A stretch of 23,541 bases of DNA from an uncultured Candidatus Saccharibacteria bacterium (GCA_964476975.1 CAYZCN010000005.1:1-23541), one strand, 5' to 3'. Numbered from the stretch's first letter, positions 15,476 to 23,541 are shown. The notes: generated by a model from the sequence alone, not told the origin. Numbers and translations: made by a program.

Positions 15476-15516
15476 AAAACTGTCCGACATCAGGTGTCGG
15501 ACAGTTTTTTGTTTTT
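15476..15516 (-). terminator. Rho-independent terminator of groEL (CTGTCCGACA-TCAGG-TGTCGGACAG, T-runs on both sides)
   Basis: 10-bp stem directly abutting the groEL TAA stop (15517..15515). On the - strand it is followed by TTTTTGTTT. It is also preceded by an A-run, so it is bidirectionally competent. Confidence 0.8.
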
Positions 15517-17185
15517 ACATCATTCCCGGCATACCACCCATACCTGGTGGCATTCCACCACCACCCATATCAACTCCCTTGTTTTCTTCTGGTTTATCGG
15601 CAATAGCAACTTCTGAAGTAAGAAGTGTTCCAGCTGCGCCTGTTGCATTTTGTACTCCACTTCTTGTTACTTTCACCGGGTCAATAATACCAGCTGTAAG
15701 CATATCAGGAATGACTTGGTCTTTGACCGCGTCATATCCAGCATTTATTTTACCCTTTTTTACTTGCTCAATTACTGTAGAAGGATTGTCAATTCCTACA
15801 TTTGCGAGAATTTGCACGAGCGGGGCGGTAAGCGCACGAACAACAATACCAACACCAATCTGAAACTCTGGCTCAAAGCTCTGAACTGGTGAAGAAAGTT
15901 TTTTCTTACTCACTGACTCCGCTGCTTTCAAAAGCGCTGTGCCTCCACCTTGGACAATACCTTCTTCAATCGCGGCACGTGTCGCATTAACCGAATCCTC
16001 TATTTTGTCTTTCAGATACTTCATTTGTGTTTCGGTCGCCGCGCCAACTTTAATAACTGCAACACCACCTGCAAGTTTCGCTAAACGCTCTTCCAATTTT
16101 TCTTTATCAAACTTTGAATCAGTCATTTCAATCTGTTTTTTGGTTTGCATGACCCTATTTTCAATATCAGCCTTCTTACCTTTTCCGCCGACTATCGTTG
16201 TCTTTTCTTTTGTCGCAACCACGCGTCGTGCAGAGCCGAGCATTGTCATTTCAGCATTTTCTAGTTTCATTCCCGTTTCTTCTGAAATAACTTCCGCACC
16301 AACAACAGTCGCAATGTCTTGCATCATCTCTTTTTTACGGTCGCCATACCCTGGTGCCTTAATCGCAAGCACGTTAAATGTTCCACGAAGTTTGTTCACT
16401 ACAAATGTCGCAAGCGCTTCACCTTCAATGTCTTCTGCAATAAGAATAATGTCTTTCTTCCCCACCTGTGCAAGTTTTTCTAACAACGGCAAAATATCTT
16501 TCACTGCGCCTATTTTTTTGTCAGTTATTAAAATCGGCGCATCTTTGTATTCTGCTTCCATTCGTTCAGGATTCGTAATCATATACGGAGAAACGTATCC
16601 TTTGTCAAACTCAAGCCCCTTAACCACTTCAGACCCTGTTTCAAAAGACTGCGACTCCTCCACTGTCACGACTCCGTTTTCACCAACTTTATCAATAGCG
16701 TTTGCAATAATTTTTCCAAGCTCTTTAGACTCTGCAGACACGGTCGCTACTTGTTGTATTTCCTCCTTTGTTTTAATGACTTTTGCCATTTTATAAAGCT
16801 CATCAACAACCGCCTTTCCCGCAGCTTCAACACCAAGACGAATTCCCATTGGATTCGTTCCTTTTGTCATCTCCTTAAGTCCTTCTTCCATAATGCTCTG
16901 CAACACCACAACCGCAGTTGTCGTGCCGTCTCCTGCACTGTCATTTGTCTTACTTGCAACCTCTTTCACTATTTCTGCACCCATATTTTCAAACTTATCT
17001 TCAAGAGAAATCTCCTTTGCAATAGACACTCCGTCGTTCGTAATAGTCGGCGCGCCATACCCCTTATCAATAACAGCATTTCGCCCACGCGGACCAAGCG
17101 TTACTCGCACCGCGTTTGCAACCTTATTAACCCCCTCCATAAGCGCCTCGCGCGCCTCAGTGTTGTAAATTATTTGTTTACTCAT
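15515..17185 (-). CDS. groL: Chaperonin GroEL (Cpn60)
   Basis: 556 aa. Classic N-terminus MSKQIIYNTEAREALMEGVNKVANAVRVTLGPRGRNAVIDK, ATP-binding GDGTTTA motif, and C-terminal GGM repeat tail …GGGGMPPGMGGMPGMM. Confidence 0.98.
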   Translation of the reverse strand: MSKQIIYNTEAREALMEGVNKVANAVRVTLGPRGRNAVIDKGYGAPTITNDGVSIAKEISLEDKFENMGAEIVKEVASKTNDSAGDGTTTAVVVLQSIMEEGLKEMTKGTNPMGIRLGVEAAGKAVVDELYKMAKVIKTKEEIQQVATVSAESKELGKIIANAIDKVGENGVVTVEESQSFETGSEVVKGLEFDKGYVSPYMITNPERMEAEYKDAPILITDKKIGAVKDILPLLEKLAQVGKKDIILIAEDIEGEALATFVVNKLRGTFNVLAIKAPGYGDRKKEMMQDIATVVGAEVISEETGMKLENAEMTMLGSARRVVATKEKTTIVGGKGKKADIENRVMQTKKQIEMTDSKFDKEKLEERLAKLAGGVAVIKVGAATETQMKYLKDKIEDSVNATRAAIEEGIVQGGGTALLKAAESVSKKKLSSPVQSFEPEFQIGVGIVVRALTAPLVQILANVGIDNPSTVIEQVKKGKINAGYDAVKDQVIPDMLTAGIIDPVKVTRSGVQNATGAAGTLLTSEVAIADKPEENKGVDMGGGGMPPGMGGMPGMM

Positions 17186-17273
17186 GATTTTTAGTTGGTA
17201 GCGACTAGATACTAGCCATTAGTTTTAAAACAAACTTAATAAAAACTAGCAGCTAAACCCTAGTGGCTAATAT

Positions 17274-17594
17274 CTAATTAAATATTGCTAAAATATTATT
17301 TTCGTTCACAAGGTAATATTCTTCTCCTTGTAATTCAACCTTATCACCCCATTGAAAAATGACTCTCATACCCTCTTTCACACTCATCGGTATACGTTCG
17401 CCGTCATCGTTCATTTTTCCACTCCCTACTCCAACCACTGTTCCACGGTCTGATTTTTCTCTGTCTACCGTATCTGGAATAATAATTCCCGACGGCGAAA
17501 CGGTGCCCATTTCCGCTTCAGAAAGTGGTTTAATCAAAACCCTATCTCCAAGAGGTGTAATTTCATTTATTTCTTTTTTTGATTTTTTCTTCAT
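17274..17594 (-). CDS. groS: Co-chaperonin GroES (Cpn10) with short Lys-rich N-terminal extension
   Basis: 106 aa. …ITPLGDRVLIKPLSEAEMGTVSPSGIIIPDTV…GTVVGVGSGKMNDDGERIPMSVKEGMRVIF…YYLVNENNILAI is canonical GroES. It is 88 bp upstream of groEL on the same strand. The first ~10 residues (MKKKSKKEIN) are an extension relative to typical GroES. Confidence 0.95.
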   Translation of the reverse strand: MKKKSKKEINEITPLGDRVLIKPLSEAEMGTVSPSGIIIPDTVDREKSDRGTVVGVGSGKMNDDGERIPMSVKEGMRVIFQWGDKVELQGEEYYLVNENNILAIFN

Positions 17595-17688
17595 AAATAA
17601 AAAATGATAATTAAATTGTATATGTGTATATGTATAATAACTAAAAATATCGACAGGAAGTTGCTATTTCAAAATATGTTACAATGGC

Positions 17689-17717
17689 ATTGTATGAATT
17701 ATATACGCATATGTCAA
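17689..17717 (-). promoter_or_regulatory. sigma70-type promoter for groES-groEL: -35 TTGACA (17717..17712), 17-nt spacer, -10 TACAAT (17694..17689)
   Basis: Read on the - strand: TTGACA-TATGCGTATATAATTCA-TACAAT, about 95 nt upstream of the groES ATG. Near-consensus hexamers with optimal spacing. Confidence 0.6.
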
Positions 17718-17737
17718 ATTTCACATATTAAATACTC

Positions 17738-17765
17738 TTGCATATTTTGTAAATTTTGATATACT
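17738..17765 (+). promoter_or_regulatory. Candidate promoter for secG: -35 TTGCAT, 16-nt spacer, extended -10 TGATATACT
   Basis: TTGCAT (17738-17743) … TGa TATACT (17757-17765). The predicted start would be about 6-8 nt before the secG ATG at 17778, which implies a leaderless or very short-leader mRNA. No SD sequence is present. Confidence 0.4.
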
Positions 17766-17777
17766 CATTATTAACTT

Positions 17778-18008
17778 ATGGAAACGATTGCGACAATACT
17801 ACCGTATGTCCAGCTCGTCCTTTCTCTCCTTCTTGTTGGGGGTATACTTCTCCAACAGACAGGCGCAGGCCTCGGCGGAGCGTTCGGAGGAGACAATTTC
17901 AGTGCTGGATTTCATACACGACGCGGAACCGAAAAGTTCCTCTTTCATGCAACAATCATTATTGCAGTGCTTTTTGTACTAACTGCTTTTATCGCGCTTA
18001 TTATTTAA
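17778..18008 (+). CDS. secG: Preprotein translocase subunit SecG
   Basis: 76 aa. TM1, then a Gly-rich loop LLQQTGAGLGGAFGGDNFSAGFHTRRGTEKFL, then TM2 (TIIIAVLFVLTAFIALII). This is the characteristic SecG pattern (LLQ.gKG.glg..fGg…rG.e..L.r.T). Confidence 0.8.
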   Translation: METIATILPYVQLVLSLLLVGGILLQQTGAGLGGAFGGDNFSAGFHTRRGTEKFLFHATIIIAVLFVLTAFIALII

Positions 18009-18112
18009 CCACGCACCAAACCTCACTCCTAAAACAACTCTTACAATCTTATCTCCATGTATAGTATTGTCCTCACCCCTCTGGTGGGTCGTCAAGGAGG
18101 CGACATCTTTGT

Positions 18113-19906
18113 ATGTTAAAAAGAAAAACAGTTCTCACATTAATTCACTCTCTTACTCCAGCAGAAAAAATGCTGATTGGAATATTCCTTGGTATAGCTT
18201 TTTTAAGTGGCGTTATATTACTCAACAAAGTAAACGATTTGCTTCTAATTGAAGTACCTGCTCGTGGAGGACAGATTTCTGAAGGAATTGTTGGCTCCCC
18301 TCGTTTTATCAATCCACTTATTGCTATTTCAGACGCTGACAGAGACCTTACACTGCTCGTATATTCCGGTCTTATGAAAGCAACACCTGACGGCAGACTC
18401 ATTCCTGATCTCGCAGAAAGCTATACCATTTCAGAGGATGGTTTGGTTTACACTTTTACATTGCGTGAAAATCTTTCTTTCCATGATGACACTCCCATAA
18501 CCACAAATGACGTATTGTTTACCATTCTCAAGGCACAAGATCCCGCACTTAAAAGTCCGAAGCGTGCAAGTTGGAACGGGATTGCTGTGCAACAAATAAA
18601 TGAGAAAGATATCCAATTTACTCTCAAACGACCGTACGCACCATTCTTAGAAAACACAACACTCGGTATTTTACCAAAACACATCTGGGAAGGAGCTGAC
18701 ATCGAACAATTTCCGTTTAGTCAATTTAATATTGAACCCATTGGATCAGGACCATACCGTGTTACTTCAGTCAAACGTAATGCTTCAGGAATACCAGAGT
18801 GGTATGAACTGTCTGCGTTCAAAAAATACACACTTGGAACACCGTATATGACACATCTTTTCATTCAGTTTTACGCAAACGAAGATGAACTCGTTCGTGC
18901 ATTCAAGAAAGGTTCAGTACTCAACATACACAGCATTACAGCAGAAGCTCTCGCGGATATAAACACAAAAGAATCGCGTGTCATACAAAAACCGCTCCCA
19001 AGAATTTTTGCAGTATTTTTTAACCAAAATCAAGCATCAGTACTTGCTCACAAAGAAGTACGACGCGCACTTGATGTTGGTCTCGACAAGGAATATATCG
19101 TACGTACCGTACTTGGTGGATATGGAACAGAAATCAAAAGTCCAATACCACCAGGAATACTCCCTCCCGAAAGTGGTGGGGAAGAGATTTCGGAAGCAAC
19201 AACACCAAACACCAACACCGACACACCTTCAGAAACAGCAACAAACGAAGACATTGCCTCTGAAGAAACTCCGGAATATCCAGAACACATAATGCGAGCA
19301 CGAACTATTTTGGAAAACGGTGGTTGGAAATGGAATAAAGAAATACAGGTATGGGAAAAGAAAGTCAAGAAAGCAGATGTGCGTTTACAGTTTTCTCTTG
19401 CAACATCAAACGCCCCCGAACTCAAACATACGGCAGAAATAATTGCATCATCGTGGAGAGAGATTGGAATACCTGTTGATTTGCAAATATTTGAGATAGG
19501 AGATCTTAACCAAAATATTATCCGTCCACGAAAATATGAATCGCTCTTCTTTGGAGAGATCGTGGGACGTGAGTTAGATTTGTTTGCTTTCTGGCACTCA
19601 TCACAACGCAACGACCCTGGACTAAACATTGCCCTCTATGCCAATATTGCATCTGATAAACTTTTAGAAGAAGCGCGCGCTACAACCGATACAGAGGAAC
19701 GATTCTCAAAATATAGAGAGTTTGAAAAAGAAGTTGAAAGTGACGTTCCTGCAGTTTTTACTTATTCGCCAGATTTTGTATACATAGTGCCTGACCGTAT
19801 TCAAGCGGTAAATATTGGCTCTATCTCAACACCGAGTGAACGATTCTTAAATATCCATGAATGGTACACCAACACAGATAAAGTGTGGGGAACATTCGCT
19901 AAATAA
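18113..19906 (+). CDS. Solute-binding protein family 5 (OppA/DppA-like peptide/nickel ABC substrate-binding protein), N-terminally membrane-anchored, orphan
   Basis: 597 aa. N-terminal TM anchor (LIGIFLGIAFLSGVILL). SBP_bac_5-like blocks (…LLVYSGLMKATPDGRLIPDLAESYTISEDGLVYTFTLRENLSFHDDTPITTNDVLFT…, …PIGSGPYRVTSVKRN…). Contains an internal acidic T/P/E-rich low-complexity insert (GGEEISEATTPNTNTDTPSETATNEDIASEETPEYPE). AAGGAGG lies 12 nt upstream of the ATG. No permease or ATPase genes are in the window. Confidence 0.75.
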   Translation: MLKRKTVLTLIHSLTPAEKMLIGIFLGIAFLSGVILLNKVNDLLLIEVPARGGQISEGIVGSPRFINPLIAISDADRDLTLLVYSGLMKATPDGRLIPDLAESYTISEDGLVYTFTLRENLSFHDDTPITTNDVLFTILKAQDPALKSPKRASWNGIAVQQINEKDIQFTLKRPYAPFLENTTLGILPKHIWEGADIEQFPFSQFNIEPIGSGPYRVTSVKRNASGIPEWYELSAFKKYTLGTPYMTHLFIQFYANEDELVRAFKKGSVLNIHSITAEALADINTKESRVIQKPLPRIFAVFFNQNQASVLAHKEVRRALDVGLDKEYIVRTVLGGYGTEIKSPIPPGILPPESGGEEISEATTPNTNTDTPSETATNEDIASEETPEYPEHIMRARTILENGGWKWNKEIQVWEKKVKKADVRLQFSLATSNAPELKHTAEIIASSWREIGIPVDLQIFEIGDLNQNIIRPRKYESLFFGEIVGRELDLFAFWHSSQRNDPGLNIALYANIASDKLLEEARATTDTEERFSKYREFEKEVESDVPAVFTYSPDFVYIVPDRIQAVNIGSISTPSERFLNIHEWYTNTDKVWGTFAK

Positions 19907-19917
19907 AAATACAGTAT

Positions 19918-21852
19918 ATGAATTTAGAAAAACAAAAAAAACAAACTCCTCGTCACAGAGGAATAAGTAAAAAAACATCACCTAAATCACCACTTACACG
20001 TGAGGCCTCTCGTCATATCAAATCAAATACTCCTCCGCAAAAATCCCAATCTGCACCACATTCACGAAAAAGACGTTCTGCGCGTAAAAAAATGTCTGCA
20101 AGAAAACTACCGCGAACGCATATGAACCCTGTTGAAAACAATCAAAAGAAAAAAACAGGGGACGCTATACCCCCCGTTGGAGACAACATTCGTATTATCC
20201 CACTTGGTGGTGTTGAGGAAATCGGAAAAAATATGACCGTCATAGAGGACAAAGACGACATTATTATTGTTGACTGTGGTTTTCAATTCAAAGAAGAACA
20301 CACCCCTGGCATAGACTACATACTCCCCAATACAAAATATCTGGAAGACAGAAAAGACAAAATACGCGCGATGGTAATTACACATGGTCACCTTGACCAC
20401 ATCGGTGGTATCCCCTACATTATGGACAGTATTGGAAACCCTCCGATATATACACGTCGCCTTACGAGCGTGATGATTAAAAAGCGACAAGAAGAGTTTC
20501 CACATCTACCAGAAATAAATATCAAAGAAGTTGAAAAGGAAGAGACGTTGAAGCTTGGAAAAAACTTCAAGGTTAAGTTTTTTTCAGTCACCCACACAAT
20601 ACCTGACTCAATGGGTATTATTTTACAAACAAAGTACGGAAGTATTGTACATACTGGCGACCTCAAACTTGACCACATTGATGGTGTGCCAACCCAAGAA
20701 GAAGAGAAAGAATTCAAAAAATTTGAAAAAGAAAACGTTCTTATGCTTATGGCCGACTCAACAAACGTTGAGCGTCCAGGTTTTTCTATTCCCGAACGTG
20801 TTGTACACAAAAACATTGACGAGGTAATAAAAAACATAAAAGGACGTCTCATTATCGGCACCTTCGCTTCACAGCTTGAACGTATTGTTAAAATTGTAGA
20901 GATTGCAGAAAAATATAATAAAAAGGTTGTTATAGAAGGAAGGAGTATGAAAACGAACATTGAGATTGTTAAACAACTTAAAATACTCAAAACCAAACCA
21001 GGGACACTTATTCCTATCAACGAGATGGCGGACTATCCTCCACATCGTATTGTTGTACTAGCAACAGGAGCTCAAGGGGACGAATTTGCAGCACTGATGC
21101 GAACAGCGAACAAATCTCACAAACATCTCAAAATAACCCTACGGGACACCATCTTACTCTCATCGTCTGTTATCCCCGGCAATGAACGTGCGGTACAAAA
21201 ACTCAAAGACAACCTCTCACGACAAGGTGCGAAAATTATTCATTACCAGGTAAGCGAGGTACACTCAAGCGGACATGCGAACAAAGACGAAACTGCATGG
21301 ATTCATAGAAAAATTGGTGCGAAATTCTTTATGCCGCTTCACGGATATCACTATATGCTCCGTGTACATGCAGACCTTGCACACTCGCTTGGTACGCCAC
21401 GAGAAAATATCATTATCCCAGACAACAGTGCAGTGATTGAAATACAAAATAAAGGTAAAACTATTGTAAGACGAAAAGAAATGGCAGCGTCCCACATTAG
21501 AATGGTTGACGGTTTTTCAATAGGAGATATTCAAGATGTGGTCATTCGTGACAGAAAGATGCTCGCACAAGATGGTATGTTTGTCATTATTGCAACCATA
21601 AATCAAAAAGGGGGGACATTACGCAAATCGCCTGATATTATCTCACGTGGATTTGTGTATTTACGTGAATCACAAGAAATGCTACAAGAAGCTCGCGTAC
21701 TTATTAAAAAAACAGTTGAGGACTCAACAAAAGGAATGAATCCCATTAACTTTGATGACGTCAAAGACAACCTTACTGACGTTGTTGCAATGTACCTCTT
21801 CCAAAAAACAAACAAACGACCAATTGTGATTCCTGTTTTACTCGGCGTATAA
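19918..21852 (+). CDS. rnj: Ribonuclease J (metallo-beta-lactamase/beta-CASP RNase) with ~95-aa basic N-terminal extension
   Basis: 644 aa. Core begins …NIRIIPLGGVEEIGKNMTVIEDKDDIIIVDCG…, with HxHxDH motif ITHGHLDHIGGIPYIM. beta-CASP region and C-terminal domain are present and collinear with RNase J1/J2. The N-terminal 95 aa are K/R/S/P-rich (pI very high) with no equivalent in model RNase J proteins. The gene starts 12 nt after the SBP stop. Confidence 0.85.
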   Translation: MNLEKQKKQTPRHRGISKKTSPKSPLTREASRHIKSNTPPQKSQSAPHSRKRRSARKKMSARKLPRTHMNPVENNQKKKTGDAIPPVGDNIRIIPLGGVEEIGKNMTVIEDKDDIIIVDCGFQFKEEHTPGIDYILPNTKYLEDRKDKIRAMVITHGHLDHIGGIPYIMDSIGNPPIYTRRLTSVMIKKRQEEFPHLPEINIKEVEKEETLKLGKNFKVKFFSVTHTIPDSMGIILQTKYGSIVHTGDLKLDHIDGVPTQEEEKEFKKFEKENVLMLMADSTNVERPGFSIPERVVHKNIDEVIKNIKGRLIIGTFASQLERIVKIVEIAEKYNKKVVIEGRSMKTNIEIVKQLKILKTKPGTLIPINEMADYPPHRIVVLATGAQGDEFAALMRTANKSHKHLKITLRDTILLSSSVIPGNERAVQKLKDNLSRQGAKIIHYQVSEVHSSGHANKDETAWIHRKIGAKFFMPLHGYHYMLRVHADLAHSLGTPRENIIIPDNSAVIEIQNKGKTIVRRKEMAASHIRMVDGFSIGDIQDVVIRDRKMLAQDGMFVIIATINQKGGTLRKSPDIISRGFVYLRESQEMLQEARVLIKKTVEDSTKGMNPINFDDVKDNLTDVVAMYLFQKTNKRPIVIPVLLGV

Positions 21853-21859
21853 TAAAATA

Positions 21860-23041
21860 GTGACGATGAACAGCCTAATTAAAAAAGCGGGGCGAAGGCA
21901 TGCTTTCAACATACTCTATCTTGCAAGTTTTCTTCTTGCGTTTCATCTCTACTTTGTTATTTATGTAAATTCAAATTTCCTCAACCTTTTTATTCCTGAA
22001 ACACTTATCGGGTCTGTGTGGATAGCAGGGTCATTTTTAGGAATTCTTTCTCTTTTGTGGATTTCTCGTATTTTAAGACTATTTGGGAACTACCGTATAC
22101 TTGTCTTTTTAACGTGTCTTGAATTCTTTATTTTCATCGGACTTGCGTTTACAACAACACCGTGGCTGGTAATACCTCTCTTTCTTGCATACTTAGTCAT
22201 ATATCCAATTATCCTTTTCAATCTTGATATCTTCCTTGAAAGCTTTACCGCCAAAGAAAATACCACAGGAAGTGTGCGCGGTACCGCACTTACTGTGGTA
22301 AATATGGCGCTTATCATCGCACCACTGTTAGCTGGACTTGTTTTAACAAATAATGACTACTGGAAAATTTATCTTATATCCGCACTACTTTTAATACCAT
22401 TTCTTTTTCTTATTTTTCGTCTAAAGTCTTTCACTGATCCACAATACGAGCAACCACAAATCAAAAAAACGTTTTTTGCTATTTTAAAAAACAAAAATGT
22501 ATACTCTATTTTCGTAGCACAACTTATTATGCGTTTCTTTTTTTCGTGGATGGTTATTTATATGCCACTCTACCTGCATGAGTACGTAGGTTTCTCATGG
22601 AGTGAGCTTGGTATAATGTTTTCAATTATACTTTTGCCATTTGCACTTCTGGAGCTTCCTGCAGGCAAAATTGCCGACTCTCACTGGGGAGAAAAAGAGC
22701 TTCTTTCTGTGGGTTTTTTAATTACGGGATTATTTATACTCGCAATACCTTTTGTCACTTCTACTAACTTTTTTGTCTGGACTGCAATACTCTACACAAC
22801 ACGTATCGGTGCGAGCTTAATGGAAATTATGACCGAAAGTTACTTTTTCAAACACGTAGATGCAAACGATAGCAACACAATTAGTTTCTTCCGTATCACC
22901 CGTCCTGTCGCATACATCACCGGTCCAGCCGTCGCCTCTCTCGCACTCTTGTTCATTGACTTTAAATTCATATTCCTCATTCTCGGAGTTATTGTCCTCT
23001 TTGGCATCCGCTACAGTCTTGCGATACAAGATACAAAGTAG
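21860..23041 (+). CDS. MFS-type transporter (about 11-12 TM helices)
   Basis: 393 aa, strongly hydrophobic and periodic. Short cytoplasmic loops carry R/K (…GKIADSHWGEKE…, …RLKSFTDPQYEQPQIKK…). Two-halves architecture typical of major facilitator superfamily; no specific subfamily motif recognised. Confidence 0.6.
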   Translation: MTMNSLIKKAGRRHAFNILYLASFLLAFHLYFVIYVNSNFLNLFIPETLIGSVWIAGSFLGILSLLWISRILRLFGNYRILVFLTCLEFFIFIGLAFTTTPWLVIPLFLAYLVIYPIILFNLDIFLESFTAKENTTGSVRGTALTVVNMALIIAPLLAGLVLTNNDYWKIYLISALLLIPFLFLIFRLKSFTDPQYEQPQIKKTFFAILKNKNVYSIFVAQLIMRFFFSWMVIYMPLYLHEYVGFSWSELGIMFSIILLPFALLELPAGKIADSHWGEKELLSVGFLITGLFILAIPFVTSTNFFVWTAILYTTRIGASLMEIMTESYFFKHVDANDSNTISFFRITRPVAYITGPAVASLALLFIDFKFIFLILGVIVLFGIRYSLAIQDTK

Positions 23042-23045
23042 TCTA

Positions 23046-23541
23046 TTATTTTATTAAAAAATGCCTTTGATTTTGCACAATGAATCCTTCTTTTTTTAAG
23101 CTTTCAAGTTGAATATTCATTCGCCCCAACCGCATATCACGTAGGTGTCCAACACATACGTGATATTTGAGTTGAGTAGTGGTGAGTTTTTTATGCTTAA
23201 GAAGTGTTTTTATAATTTGACCGCGTATTTGTCGGTCGGATCCCTTAAAAGTACTCTGCTGTACGTGGTGTTTACTCTTCCGCGATGGGTTCACGTACGT
23301 CTTTTTGAGCATTGTCCCATAATCCATAAGTGCCGAATACCACTCACGTGGATTGTCGGTATCAAGTGTTTTTTTAATCAAAGAGACGATGTCGCTGTCA
23401 CTAATTTTTTCTTTTTTTGAAAAAAAGAAATGAATAAAAACTGTTCTTATGTTTGTTTCAATACATATCACCGGCTCGTTATATGCGAAAACACAAAGCG
23501 CGCCTGCAAGATATCGAGAAAGCCAGACTGGCCAGTCTGAA
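23046..23541 (-). CDS. HhH-GPD superfamily base-excision DNA glycosylase (MutY/Nth-like), 3' portion; N-terminus beyond window end
   Basis: The track ORF (GTG at 23471) continues open upstream to the window edge in the same frame: …SDWPVWLSRYLAGALCVFAYNEPVICIETNIRTVFIHFF… matches the MutY/EndoIII block LPGVGRYTAGAIxSFAYNxPVPIxDGNVxRVL. The following …EWYSALMDYGT… matches the …ALMDLGA… helix. The usual 4Cys Fe-S loop is not apparent. Confidence 0.55.
   Translation of the reverse strand, partial: SDWPVWLSRYLAGALCVFAYNEPVICIETNIRTVFIHFFFSKKEKISDSDIVSLIKKTLDTDNPREWYSALMDYGTMLKKTYVNPSRKSKHHVQQSTFKGSDRQIRGQIIKTLLKHKKLTTTQLKYHVCVGHLRDMRLGRMNIQLESLKKEGFIVQNQRHFLIK

Noticed and set aside
15939-16796. 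285-aa ORF on the + strand, plus several other 60-150-aa ORFs antisense to groEL
   Set aside because: They lie entirely within the unambiguous groEL coding sequence. Their proteins are low-complexity (S/A/T/I-rich) with no family resemblance, as expected from the mirror frame of a GC-richer, codon-biased gene.
18978-19629. 104-aa (+) and 193-aa (-) ORFs inside the substrate-binding-protein gene
   Set aside because: Nested within a continuous 597-aa ORF with clear SBP family-5 blocks; no independent signals.

Overview
This window looks like a gene-dense, AT-rich chromosomal segment with short intergenic gaps and mostly housekeeping genes. Several traits point to a reduced-genome Patescibacteria/CPR (Parcubacteria-like) organism: a membrane-anchored orphan substrate-binding protein, a fusion of an O-antigen-ligase-like membrane domain to TPR repeats, a single class II RNR, and proteins with low-complexity extensions. 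That lineage call is inference from the sequence, not a database hit.

Features from left to right:
- murJ, partial, on the - strand; the gene runs off the window start.
- O-antigen-ligase-like protein with C-terminal TPR repeats (-).
- Type A RNase P RNA (+) with the conserved P4 motifs and a terminator. A covarying copy of that terminator lies about 400 bp downstream, and the two copies bracket a small 2-TM membrane ORF.
- Class II ribonucleotide reductase with ATP-cone (-).
- DUF192 protein (-).
- Orphan HExxH zincin-like protein (+) preceded by a 277-bp structured leader.
- CorC/CNNM transporter (-).
- 147-aa hypothetical protein (-) abutting tRNA-Ser(GGA) (-).
- htpX (-).
- A decayed four-helix-bundle gene of the 23S rRNA IVS-protein family, carrying a nonsense mutation plus a frameshift (-).
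- lemA (-).
- HAD phosphatase (-).
- Large flotillin/YqiK-like SPFH protein (+).
- groES-groEL (-) with a clear sigma70 promoter but no canonical CIRCE.
- secG (+, near-leaderless).
- Family-5 substrate-binding protein (+).
- RNase J with a long basic N-terminal extension (+).
- MFS transporter (+).
- Partial HhH-GPD glycosylase (-).

I found no obvious defence island, prophage or CRISPR. TGA is a genuine stop codon here, so the standard code applies. The most interesting signals are small-scale:
- the terminator duplicate with compensatory base changes;
- a recurring CAGTATACTG-centred perfect palindrome in two 3' intergenic regions;
- the doubly disrupted IVS-like pseudogene inside the lemA-htpX module;
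- the structured leader and overlapping-stop hairpin around the HExxH gene;
- the low-complexity extensions in RNase J and the substrate-binding protein.
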